A stretch of 64,000 nucleotides of DNA, from assembly GCA_963719405.1 (NCBI GenBank), contig OY970381.1, positions 3,454,163 to 3,518,162 of the forward strand, given 5' to 3'. A program made the translations under genes and the position numbers. Below the pieces are notes generated by a model. That model made no database searches, was not told the DNA's origin, and saw only the letters and a list, made by a program, of their open reading frames with translations. This DNA is from an uncultured Acidobacteriaceae bacterium. GTDB taxonomy: Bacteria > Acidobacteriota > Terriglobia > Terriglobales > Acidobacteriaceae. Of this stretch, positions 10,110 to 20,083 are shown one piece after another (position 1 is the first letter of the stretch; each line of letters starts with the position of its first letter).

Positions 10110-11251
10110 TAGCTCTCGTAGAGGGGGATGATGCGAGAGGCGCAGAACTGATCCTGGGCGGTTTTGCGGGCGGCTTTGGCCATTGCCGTCAGTCGATCGG
10201 GATCGGCGAGCAGGCTGATGGCTGCAGAGCTCATGGCTTCAACATCGCCTACGTTGAAGAGGAGGCCGTTCTCGCCGTCGTTGACGAGCTCGGGAACGCC
10301 GCCGACGCGTGTGGCGATGGTAGGGACGCTGCAGGCCATGGCTTCAAGAGCGGCGAGGCCGAACGACTCCATCTCGCTGGGCATGAGCATTAGATCCGCG
10401 AGCGGAAGAAGCTCATTGACGTTGTCCTGTTTGCCGAGGAAATGGATGCGGTCCTGGACGCCGTGGCGTGCCGCGAGGTACTCGGCGGAGGAGCGATCAG
10501 GGCCATCGCCGATGAGCAGAAGGCGGGCGGGCATGGCTTTGGCTACGCGTGCGAAGATCTCGACGACGTCGGTGACGCGCTTGACTGGGCGGAAGTTCGA
10601 AAGGTGCACAAGGAGGCGCTCGGCAGGGCGGGTCGCGGTGGCAGGCTTTGCGAAGCGGGGCCGCATGGAGGCGACGAGCTCCGGGTTTCGTACATAGACG
10701 TCGCAGTTGACGAAGTTGCGGATTACCTCGATCTCGGAGGTGATGCTGAAGGCCTGGCGGGTGCGCTCGCGCAGATAGCTTGAGATGGCGGTAACGCCGT
10801 CGGACTCTTCGATGCCGAAGCGTGTAATGGGCAGGTAAGAGCGATCGAGACCGACGAGGGTGATGTCGGTGCCGTGGAGGGTGGTGATGAAGGGGAGATG
10901 GCGACCCCGGGCGGCGAGGCTTTGGCTTTCCACCATCTTTTGCGCAAGGTAGGCGCTGACGGAGTGGGGGATGGCGTAGTGAACGTGGAGGAGATCGAGC
11001 GAGTAGAACTCTGCAACCTCCGCCATGCGGGTGGCGAGCGCGAGGTCATACGGTGGATGTTCAAAGAGCGGGTAGTTCGAGACAGCCACCTCGTGGAAGT
11101 GAATGTTGGCTTCGCGACCGGTGAGACGGAATGGCTGGGAGTAGGTGATGAAGTGTATGTCGTGGCCACGGGCGGCGAGCTCGATGCCGAGCTCGGTGGC
11201 GACGACTCCGCTGCCGCCATAGGTGGGATAGCACGTGATGCCGATCTTCAT
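10067..11251 (-). CDS. bshA: N-acetyl-alpha-D-glucosaminyl L-malate synthase (GT4 glycosyltransferase)
   Basis: MKIGITCYPTYGGSGVVATELGIELAARGHDIHFITYSQPFRL is the characteristic BshA N-terminus. The C-terminal GT1 region has EPSESFGLAALEAMACSVP-type sequence. Confidence 0.85.
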   Translation of the reverse strand: MKIGITCYPTYGGSGVVATELGIELAARGHDIHFITYSQPFRLTGREANIHFHEVAVSNYPLFEHPPYDLALATRMAEVAEFYSLDLLHVHYAIPHSVSAYLAQKMVESQSLAARGRHLPFITTLHGTDITLVGLDRSYLPITRFGIEESDGVTAISSYLRERTRQAFSITSEIEVIRNFVNCDVYVRNPELVASMRPRFAKPATATRPAERLLVHLSNFRPVKRVTDVVEIFARVAKAMPARLLLIGDGPDRSSAEYLAARHGVQDRIHFLGKQDNVNELLPLADLMLMPSEMESFGLAALEAMACSVPTIATRVGGVPELVNDGENGLLFNVGDVEAMSSAAISLLADPDRLTAMAKAARKTAQDQFCASRIIPLYESYYERVIARAAATPA

Positions 11252-12177
11252 GGGAGCCTTTCGTGCTTCCGCGCCGGATTGGATGAGTTGTGCGAAGCGG
11301 ACGTGTGTATTCCACCTGCGAGGTCTCCGTAGTGGATGAGCGCAGGCGCACCGGGTTGCGAAAGTATCTGCGGAACGATTTCGAGCAGGGCTGTGCGTTC
11401 GATGTCGCGGTGAGCGCGAAGGCGGGTCGCGACATTATCGAGGTCCTCGTCGATGTAGCCGGGGTGGCAGACGAGCTCCCAGGTGCCGGCAGGAAGTTGC
11501 TGGAGGAGATCTCGGAGGGTGGTCCTATCGAGGAATCCGGTAGCAGCTATACCGGCGCTCCCGTCCGTGGTTGCGACGGAGCCTTCGCGGAGGATGGGAT
11601 TGGATGTGAAGTGGTGCTCGAAGCTGTTCAGCATGTGGATCTGAAGGCTGCGGAGGCGGGTGCCGTGGCCGAGATCCAGACTCCACGGCTGCTCGAATGG
11701 ATTACGGATGGCGCGCACGGAGGCTTGGCAGGCGACCTCCAGGAGGGGACGGCTGACGGAAGGGAAGAGGTGAGCGTGCTTGTGGGTGTCAAGGTGAGTG
11801 ACCTGGATGCCAGAGCGTTGAAGCAGGCGGATCTGAGCCAGGGCTTCGGAGCGGATGTCCTGCTCGCGGAGTTGCCCAGTGAGGGCGGCGGTTGCGAAGG
11901 CGAGAAGCGACGGACGGAAGCTCTTCCCATCGGGACCGATGAGTGAGGGGATCGATTCGGGTCGTGAGATGGGTATGCCGTCGGTCAGGACGATATGACA
12001 ACCGACACCGAGCGAGGGGCTCCGATGCGCGACTGCAATTGCATCCTGAAAGGCGGGACCGCCCGCCATGAGGGTAGCGGATGTAAGAGCGCCTGCCCGA
12101 TGAAGATCTTCAACAGAACGGTTGATGCCCGGCGTCAGGCCGAAGTCGTCCGCATTGATGATCAGCCGAGCGGGCAT
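11248..12177 (-). CDS. ChbG/HpnK/YdjC-family carbohydrate deacetylase
   Basis: MPARLIINADDFGLTPGINRSV... is the YdjC-family signature. I moved the start to ATG 12177 because the track ORF start (12249) runs into tRNA-Val. Its stop overlaps the bshA start (ATGA). Confidence 0.8.
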   Translation of the reverse strand: MPARLIINADDFGLTPGINRSVEDLHRAGALTSATLMAGGPAFQDAIAVAHRSPSLGVGCHIVLTDGIPISRPESIPSLIGPDGKSFRPSLLAFATAALTGQLREQDIRSEALAQIRLLQRSGIQVTHLDTHKHAHLFPSVSRPLLEVACQASVRAIRNPFEQPWSLDLGHGTRLRSLQIHMLNSFEHHFTSNPILREGSVATTDGSAGIAATGFLDRTTLRDLLQQLPAGTWELVCHPGYIDEDLDNVATRLRAHRDIERTALLEIVPQILSQPGAPALIHYGDLAGGIHTSASHNSSNPARKHERLP

Positions 12178-12216
12178 GTCTGATTGATTTCTGGCGTTGA
12201 GGTCGGCTATGCGAAG

Positions 12217-12293
<77 letters not shown>

Positions 12294-12579
12294 ACGCTGT
12301 TCATGACAGACCTCAGTCTATGGGACGCGTGGCTCCGTTGCAATGACGCGTTCAGGAGCGAGGCGCTCCAACGGCAGGTCGTTCGAGGAACCTAGGCCAT
12401 CGGGAGTTCGTGCTAGATTGCGCTAGGCGGGGCAGAGCGCCAGAGCGCAGTTCATTCTTTCGCGTTAACTTCTGGTAGACTTTGCATACGCGTCGTCGAG
12501 CAGAGATAGCCCTTTCAGGTTCAAGTTCTGCGAGTTGGCGGCGGGTTCCGGCAAGATGGCATTACCGGGAGTATCAAGT

Positions 12580-12657
<78 letters not shown>

Positions 12658-12748
12658 TAAACCGAGTAGAATGAATGGTTTATGGCTTACCAAATGTGAC
12701 AGCACTAAAGCTCTACGGTACGCAACGGTACGGAACGGTTTTCCGCCG

Positions 12749-13903
12749 TCACGATCCCCCCATCAACATCTCTACCTGCCTCTTACTCGCGCACCGCTTT
12801 TCCGCCGAGACGGCGTGCGTGTAGAGGTCCATTGTCGTTCGTGAGTTTGCGTGCCGCAGAAGCTCCTGGGCCGTCTTGACGTCCACACCCAAGCTGCGGA
12901 GGTTGGTTGCCAGAGAGTGCCGGAAGGAATGCCATCCGATCACCTTGCCGGTGATGTTCGCTCGCTTCAGCGCGGGTCGAATGATCTTCTTGAGAACCAT
13001 GTCCGGCGTGAGCGGTTGGGTTCCGTTCTTCCGCACGGAGGGAAACAGAAAATCCGTATCCGCACTGTAGGGAGACAGGCTTCGCCATCTCATCAACGCC
13101 TCTCTGACGGCGTCGTGCAAGGGAACTGGCTTGCCGCTGGCTTCCGTCTTCACTTCACCGAACCTGCCGCGAACGCAAGACCGGGAGACCGCAACCTCCA
13201 TGGTCAGGAAGTTCACGTCACTCCAGCGAAGCGCGAACAGTTCCGAACGGCGAAGTCCTGTCGAGCCAGCAAGCATGACCATCGCTTGCTCACGAACGGG
13301 AAGGACCTCGACCAGCGCGCTGAACTCCGCCGGCGTCAGCACATCAGGCTCTCGGAGGCGCTTGGAGGAACAGCGCACCTTCGAGATGGGGTTGAAAGTG
13401 ATCCACTCATGCCGGATCCCGTGATTGAAGATTGCCGAGAAGATATTGCGGATCTTCGTTCGTGAACCCGGCGCGAGAGGTAGGGAATCGAGCCACTGCT
13501 CTACCGCGACAGTTCTGACTTCCGTGATTCTGCATTGTCCCCACTTTGGCAGGATGTGCAGTTTCAAGTAGGAGGCATGGGAGTCGACCGTGGCGAATGC
13601 CTTCCTCGCAAGGGTCAGTTCGTGTTTCGAGTAGTGGGCGGCGAGGTCGCTGACCTTCTCGGGTAAGCGGACCTCTGAGTTGATCTTTGTGCGAAGAGAC
13701 ATGACAGCTTTCTCAGCGTCGCGGCGGCGCGGCAGTTCCCTCACCGTCCCTATCCGCTGATTTCGATGAAGGCGCTTTCCGCCTACATCCTCGTAAAAGC
13801 GAAAGAACCAGCTATCATCCGTTGTCTTGTTCTTCACAAGCATCAGGCTTCCGTTCTGAAAACGATTGCTACCAATCACAGAGACTCTCCTGGATTGGAG
13901 CAT
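12749..13903 (-). CDS. Tyrosine-type site-specific integrase
   Basis: C-terminal catalytic region GLRRSELFALRW...WHSFRHSLATNL...LLRHANSRTTMDLYTH (R..HxxR..Y). It lies 92 nt from the 3' end of tRNA-Asp, reading toward it. Confidence 0.9.
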   Translation of the reverse strand: MLQSRRVSVIGSNRFQNGSLMLVKNKTTDDSWFFRFYEDVGGKRLHRNQRIGTVRELPRRRDAEKAVMSLRTKINSEVRLPEKVSDLAAHYSKHELTLARKAFATVDSHASYLKLHILPKWGQCRITEVRTVAVEQWLDSLPLAPGSRTKIRNIFSAIFNHGIRHEWITFNPISKVRCSSKRLREPDVLTPAEFSALVEVLPVREQAMVMLAGSTGLRRSELFALRWSDVNFLTMEVAVSRSCVRGRFGEVKTEASGKPVPLHDAVREALMRWRSLSPYSADTDFLFPSVRKNGTQPLTPDMVLKKIIRPALKRANITGKVIGWHSFRHSLATNLRSLGVDVKTAQELLRHANSRTTMDLYTHAVSAEKRCASKRQVEMLMGGS

Positions 13904-14265
13904 CGGTGGCTAGCAGCAGTGTAGTCGCGGGACCCTGGACCTGCTGGCATCAGACCCTGCTGTCTCCGTGCGAGCATCCAGATGTGTAGATCCTGCTCCA
14001 GAAAGCGCCATAGCCTGCGACGGCCCTCGCCCATCGGAATCGCCGGGAGATAGCCTTCTTGTGCCCAACGGGTGACGGTGCGGTGGTTTAGACCACCGAG
14101 GTATGTGGCTGCTTCGTCCGGGGTCAAGAACCGTTCCGCAGATCCCGTTGAAGACCAAAGTTGCCCGTCTACCCGAAAGCCTGCCGGACGAACGGATCCT
14201 CTGCATCGCCTATCGCTACGCTGTTGCGACGCGTCGGCCATCGCTGCTTCCATTACTTCAATCAT
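13876..14265 (-). CDS. Excisionase-family helix-turn-helix DNA-binding protein
   Basis: FLTPDEAATYLGGLNHRTVTRWAQEGYLPAIPMGEGRRRLWRFLEQDLHIWM is a typical Xis/AlpA-like HTH. It overlaps the integrase start. The exact start is uncertain. Confidence 0.65.
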   Translation of the reverse strand: MIEVMEAAMADASQQRSDRRCRGSVRPAGFRVDGQLWSSTGSAERFLTPDEAATYLGGLNHRTVTRWAQEGYLPAIPMGEGRRRLWRFLEQDLHIWMLARRQQGLMPAGPGSRDYTAASHRCSNPGESL

Positions 14266-15155
14266 TGCGGTCTCTTTCTTTCGTCATGCGCCCCCTCGGG
14301 GGCTGGTTGAGCAGTCGTTCAACGTGCAAAAGCTATCTGGGACGGGACCTGCCTGCTGTCTGCCGTTGTTCAGAGTGGGTTGGGATGGCACGAATCGCGG
14401 GGTGTTGAAGCGAGTGCGATTCAGGTAACGGTTCGCTGTAGACGGAAGAGGGTAGGTGATGGCCCGCGTTATGGGAGCGTGGCTCGGTTCAACTGCTCTC
14501 TTCCGTTCTGATCCAAAGGTGCGCCCCCATCCTGCATTTACCAAAATGAGGCTGAATCTTCCGGAAATTACGCGTGTTGTGGCGTGAGCTGCACTTGAAC
14601 GGCACACAAGATTGCCGGAGCCACTGGCCTCAGAAGATTCCGCTTTGTTAATTGGTCTTCTTACGCTCGCGAACGGTGAGGGCGGATCTCCCGGCAGAAT
14701 CTTAGATCGCACCCTCGGGTGAACCCGCCACGGATCAGCAAGCTCATGGGTAAGCTCATCAGGTATGAGTTCCTAAAGATCGAGAGGCGAGACCGGACGC
14801 GGCGACTATCGTGTGATTTTGGCTATCTGCATATCCAGAGGTAAGGCGTAACAACGGCTTTCGATCGTGTCGGTGATTATTCCTGAAGCTGGGTGCGCTG
14901 CTCCTGCCAAACGCATCGTCTGAGGCTGGAGTATCTCCAGAACGCTGCGGGAATCCTTTGTGGTTTTCCAGGCGGCCTTCTGGTGATCGCCACTGCAGCG
15001 ATAAAGAATCGGATGGAGCATGCCTCCTGAACCCCTAACAAAAAAGTCAAACTGCAGAAGACAGGGCAGGAAGCACCGTCTCCAGTCATTCTCGAGCGGG
15101 CCTGGGGCGGCAACTAAGTGGTTGTGAATCAAAAAACTTTTTACCTGCAGCACAT

Positions 15156-16004
15156 TTGCTTGGTACAGCGGCTCCAGTGGGGACTGGAGCTGTCATGTTG
15201 TTTCGAAGCACAAGTCTGTCCTCTTCCCACTACGCGGGGAAGTGGGTTATATCGCTTGAGGCGCAGCACCATGACCTCAAGCTGGTCAATCAGCTCGGTT
15301 ACGAGTATGCGACGGCTCCGGATTCTCCTGCCAAGGAAGAGTTGCTGCTGAAGCTGCTGGAGCTGTTTCACGCGTATCTGATGAAGTATGCCGTCATGAT
15401 TATCCGTGGAACGATTCCGCCGCTCCATTCGCCGGCCGGTCGCGACGCCAAGGAGATGCTACGGACGCTGGCGCCGCGCGGCGCCAAGCCGTCCAAGGAG
15501 CTCACGCTGAGCGTCTGCAAGATGCTCCACCTGAGCTTCAAGAACATGACGACTGAAGAGATTTACGACACGCTGGTGTTTTGCCTGATCCGTGCGATGC
15601 GGCAGTACGACCCGCTCTATTCGGACAAAACGCGGCAGGTTTGTGAGGTTATCGATCAGCTACCGACGAAGTTCAATGAGTCCGATTTCAGTGGTCGAGT
15701 TCCTTTTGATTGCGTTCGGATTCTGCGTTCTCTTGCTCGCAAGGGGTTTCTTGCCAGCGTTACAGGGAAGAAGAAGAAGGTGGTAGGGTACCAGCGCGGT
15801 GCAGCCTGGCCGCCTCCGCCGGAGTTCTTCGAGTCCGGTCCGATCGGCTTCGTGTACGTGATACAGATGTGGTTTCGTTACTACCTGGAGCACTACATCT
15901 CGAGCCGGATGTCCGAGGTCGAGTCAAAGCAGGGAAGCATTCGCTACCTGAAACATCCGTTCACGCCTCAGAGCGGTCTGTTTCATGCCGCATCGGTCTC
16001 GTAG
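15156..16004 (+). CDS. Hypothetical island protein with sigma-70 region-2-like segments
   Basis: LLELFHAYLMKYAVMI, EEIYDTLVFCLIRAMRQYDP and GFVYVIQMWFRYYLEHYISSRM resemble sigma regions 2.1, 2.2 and 2.3/2.4. I see no region 4. The start is uncertain (alternative M at 15195). Confidence 0.45.
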   Translation: MLGTAAPVGTGAVMLFRSTSLSSSHYAGKWVISLEAQHHDLKLVNQLGYEYATAPDSPAKEELLLKLLELFHAYLMKYAVMIIRGTIPPLHSPAGRDAKEMLRTLAPRGAKPSKELTLSVCKMLHLSFKNMTTEEIYDTLVFCLIRAMRQYDPLYSDKTRQVCEVIDQLPTKFNESDFSGRVPFDCVRILRSLARKGFLASVTGKKKKVVGYQRGAAWPPPPEFFESGPIGFVYVIQMWFRYYLEHYISSRMSEVESKQGSIRYLKHPFTPQSGLFHAASVS

Positions 16005-17581
16005 TGGATCCATCCGATCCTCGATCCGCCGCTTTTCTTTTCATATGGCCACGGTAGAGCACAGGTTGAAGACATTTGAAATGGAACAGGTTCGGAGTCG
16101 GACCGCTTTGGGTCGTTTCGTTCTCGACCGAGCTGAAGGTCGGCGGGTTCCGGCCAGCCTCGATCCGTGCACACACCTGATAGCTCCGCAAAGCTGCACC
16201 ATGTGAGCCTACTTGCTGGCAGTCTGCCTTATCCCCCCGCTTGCAATAGTGCCCAACGCATTTTGGGCAAAGCGCGGCTTATGCCCTGGGATGTATTAGA
16301 ACGGGCGCACTGCCCCGCCTCCACCCCAGCTCAATGTCCCTGTCGTCTCAACCGAGGTAGACCTGTATGAGGGCCCCTGCGAGGGCCCCCTTTCATCGAC
16401 CAGCCAGCCTTATACCACCCGCCTGAGCGGGCATCCCTTTGGCCCATGTCGTCGCCGCGATGACGTTGCATGGCTTCGCGCTGACTGCTTTGGGTCTGCC
16501 CTGGTCGACCGATCGCCAATGAATGGCTTCGGACGCCTTTGCAGCCATTCCTGGACTGCGGACCCGTCGAACCCGGCGGTGCATGCCGGTAATCCTTCGT
16601 AAGCGGGCCGTTCTTCCGGGCCGTCCCGCGACGCCCCCCGACCACGTGGGCCGGTCCTCGGTTGATGCACACCTTTCATCGATGAGGCTGCCATCTCTGC
16701 GGGTGCGTACCAAAGTCGGATCCAATAAGGCCCAGTCCGCGGGGCCGACAAGATGATGTCTGCTCTTTGAAGAGAGAGATGGGGCCGTGCAGAACACGGA
16801 CGCTCTTTCGACAACGCGCCGACCAGGTGTTGCTCCCAAACAGACGTCCCGGGACCGTGTTTACGGACGTAAACGACCCTGACTGCTGTTGTTGTGCGTC
16901 AATAGGGTTCGTCCCCTTGCATAGCGAGAGAACAACTTGCCCATACGCCCGAGCGAAACTGGCGATGCATGAACTGGTGTTCGTAGCTCCTTCTCAACCG
17001 CCCGCGTCGCCTTGACGTGATTGCCTGACTTCCTCTGCTGCGTCAGGCACTTTTGCTGCCGTTCACGACGCTTTGCATTGTGTTCAGGCAGGCCGCGATG
17101 AATTGTTCTCCGATGGTGCCGAAGCAGACGGGCATCACATCCGACGCATCGAGCGCAGAGGATCCATGACTCCCTTTAGCCGCGTGTCTCCGGGCCGGGG
17201 CTCAGAGCACCTTGTGGGCCTCGTGGCGGCCCTGATGACGTGCAAGGCTTGCCCGGTTGCTCTCTCCAGGCTTCAGAGGCTAACCTGCCTCGCTTTGCAC
17301 ACAGGTGTTTCGGCACCAAACCCCACGACCTGGGAATCCCTGGACCGAACCAAACGGGTCAACGGAGCCCAGCCCCCTTTTACCCACATGGATTCCTTCG
17401 CAGAAGCCTGCCGACTTTGGTACACCTGCCTCCGCGGTGCAGAGTGAAGGCTGGACGAAAAAGCTTGTCCCCGGCGCTTGCAGAACGCCGGAAGTGATCC
17501 ACCGCCGGAATGCGGGGATCAGGTCGTCGCGCGGCTGTGAAGCTGTCGTAGGACCCGGTGTGTCCAATACAGGAGATAGAG

Positions 17582-18214
17582 ATGAGCGGCAGCATTTCAG
17601 ACAGCAGGAACCCCGAGGACGACCGAAGCCATGCATCGGTCGTGCGTAAACATCGGCAGAGCCTCGGAGCATGGCTCCAGACCTTCCGGTGGAACTGGTA
17701 CGTGACCCTGACCTTCAGCCACGACATATCGAGCGAGACGGCGAGCGCGGTGTTGGAGAGCTATATCTCCGAGCTCGAAGCCACCCATAAAGACACGCTG
17801 TCCTGCCTGATCGCTACTGAGCAGAAGACTGTCTCTGGTCTGGGGAAGCCGGCTGGAAGGGTGCACTTCCACCTACTGGTCGGCTGCGCCGTGCGCCTGA
17901 CAAAGAGAGCATTCAGCGATCTCTGGGAGCAGCCCCGTTTTGGTGGTACTCGGGTATCTGGAACAGCCGCAGAGGTCAGAGCCTATGACCCGCGAGGCGA
18001 TGCTACCTTCTACCTGCTGAAGTTCATGAAGGATCCGGAATGGGATCCGATCCTTCGGAATCTGGAGCTGGTGAGTCCGGTCGCTCCCGCCTGCGCTGCA
18101 CATTGCACGAGGACAAGGAGAAAGCTTCGTCGCCACGCGGAACGCCGCGCACGAGCTGCTGCGGACCCAAGTCTGACAACCCAGCCATTCGAGATTCGAA
18201 AGCGCCTGGGCTAA
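17582..18214 (+). CDS. HUH-superfamily rolling-circle Rep/relaxase-like protein
   Basis: AGGAGA sits 5 nt upstream of ATG 17582. Motif I-like YVTLTF, motif II-like HFHLLV (HUH) and motif III-like FYLLKF (Y-x-x-K) occur in the canonical order. Confidence 0.55.
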   Translation: MSGSISDSRNPEDDRSHASVVRKHRQSLGAWLQTFRWNWYVTLTFSHDISSETASAVLESYISELEATHKDTLSCLIATEQKTVSGLGKPAGRVHFHLLVGCAVRLTKRAFSDLWEQPRFGGTRVSGTAAEVRAYDPRGDATFYLLKFMKDPEWDPILRNLELVSPVAPACAAHCTRTRRKLRRHAERRARAAADPSLTTQPFEIRKRLG

Positions 18215-18395
18215 AGCCCACGTGCGTTGGAACGACGGATAACGTCGCCGCGCAGCAGGATTACGGGCTGGAGCTCTCTCCTACCGCGGAGTCTCAGCCA
18301 CCCTCCCTGAGCTTCTCAGCCCCATCTCACTTCGGCTGCACTCTGAGACCAGACTCGCTGTCGGGCGGCTCCTAAGGGATCTCCGGTACCGGCCG

Positions 18396-18842
18396 GTGAG
18401 TCCAGAGTGTCTCGCCCGCGAGACACTCAAATTCTCTCCTCCGCCGCGAAGCACCTGGTTCCTTCTGCCCAACAACCAGGGAAATGAGGTCTATATACGG
18501 GCTTGGTCCAAACCGACCATTGCCACACGGCTCCATCCAGCTGAGATCGAAGAGATCGACGCCGCTGCTGTGGCTACTGGTACAGACCGAGCCGGATGGC
18601 TCCGTGATGCTGCTCTCGCTCGGCTCAGGCAGCCTCTTCCCCCAATGCATCGAGCAGTGGAGGAAATGATACTGGCCGAGATCCTGGCCTTGAAGCTGAT
18701 GCTCGTGAACCTCTTTATACAGTTGGGCGTACCTATCGCGACCACGCAATTTGTCCAAACCCTTGCTGATTCCATCAAGGATTGCGAGGCGTCCAAGCAA
18801 CTCCGTCGCTTGCCAAACGGGCGTAATTGGGGATCTCATTAG
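18396..18842 (+). CDS. Ribbon-helix-helix (MobC/CopG-like) protein
   Basis: TIATRLHPAEIEEIDAAAVATGTDRAGWLRDAALARL matches the beta-strand/helix/helix pattern of RHH relaxosome accessory proteins. The N-terminal limit is uncertain (GTG start in the track). Confidence 0.45.
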   Translation: MSPECLARETLKFSPPPRSTWFLLPNNQGNEVYIRAWSKPTIATRLHPAEIEEIDAAAVATGTDRAGWLRDAALARLRQPLPPMHRAVEEMILAEILALKLMLVNLFIQLGVPIATTQFVQTLADSIKDCEASKQLRRLPNGRNWGSH

Positions 18843-20083
18843 AACTCTCCGTTTGCGGGGAGGCCGAGCATGACCATCTCGCCAAATCCACCTCGAGGTC
18901 TTCTGAGCCTCGGACGCGATGGGAAGGATGTCGAAGCTGGTGCTGACGTTAGGTGTGGCGCTCCAAACACGCTTGGAGCCACCCTGAGACACGGAAGGCC
19001 CAACTAACTCCGTCACAGGCCCAAACGCGTACCGTACCAACCCTACACCGCACGCCGACCGTGCGGGATTTCCACTCCTCCACAATCGAGCAGCCTGCCC
19101 GAATGTCATGTTCCTAGCTGTTGAAGCCGTTCGGGCGCATTGGTCGAATAATTCATTCCTTCGGCAGACCGATGTATGGTCCGGGTCAACTCGCCGTGCT
19201 ACCGTGGCTGACCGTGAGCGGGACTAAGTCAGGGTGAGACCAGAGGTTTCGAGGCAGGGACGAGGACGCCGGAACACGCCTAAGCCCTTGGTGCATTTTC
19301 CGTAGAGCGCCAGTTCGTCCGAATCAGGGTTAGGCAGGCTCGAGGTAGAGGTCCACGGACTGGTGTGGGTCAGCACCAGAAATAAAAGGAGGCCCGAAAG
19401 GAAACCCATGGGAGAAGGTATGCAGGCGAAAACGCCCCTAATGGTGAAAGTGGAACAGGAGAACGAGCGCAAGAACCTTGATGCGCTGGACATGGCGCTT
19501 CTATGCCTACTCCAAGGGTCTATCGCGAGTACAAGAACCTACGCGAGCTGAATATTGGAGGAATGAGGCACCAGAAGCTGCTTCACCGCCAGTTCAGCGA
19601 AGAGGAGCGGCGGGGGATTGTCATCATGGACCTGACCTCGGGTCTCGTGACGCAAACGACCATTCTCGACACGGTAGGGATCGCAGACTTTCAATGCGTC
19701 GTTGGTTACTTTGCCCACAGGTTATTAGGACCTCCGTCTAGTCAGCGGGTACGACGTCCTCTGTGGCAAAGTGAAGGCGTTCGTCCGGGACGAGCTGTTT
19801 CGACCGGACTGTTGAGTTGGAAGACCCCAATACGCGGAGGAATCTGTCCGAGATCGCGGAGACACGGACCGTCCTGGAGAGCTTCAAGAAGGCAGTCAAT
19901 GCGCTCACCGTGCGGGAGAAGGGTGACGCGGAGATCCGAGATCGGATCAAGCAACTTGACTCTTTCCCGCTTGAAAATTCGAGATTTCTGATCCTCCGCT
20001 CGGCGTCCACCAAGCTGATTCTGCTTTGTTTTACCTACGACAATGCCGATTGGAGAAGCCAACTTCCGTGCTAGCCTGAATGC

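Noticed and set aside
18843-19109. 245-aa minus-strand ORF 18372..19109
   Set aside because: Most of it is antisense to the RHH gene. The remaining 5' part has no SD and no recognisable fold, so I left it unannotated.
19363-20074. Short plus-strand ORFs (e.g. RQFSEEERRGIVIMDLTSGLVTQTTILDTVGIA...; LEDPNTRRNLSEIAETRTVLESFKKAV...)
   Set aside because: They are protein-like in composition and faintly reminiscent of an IS3-type HTH. But they are interrupted by frame changes and I cannot assign a family. They are probably further decayed island genes.
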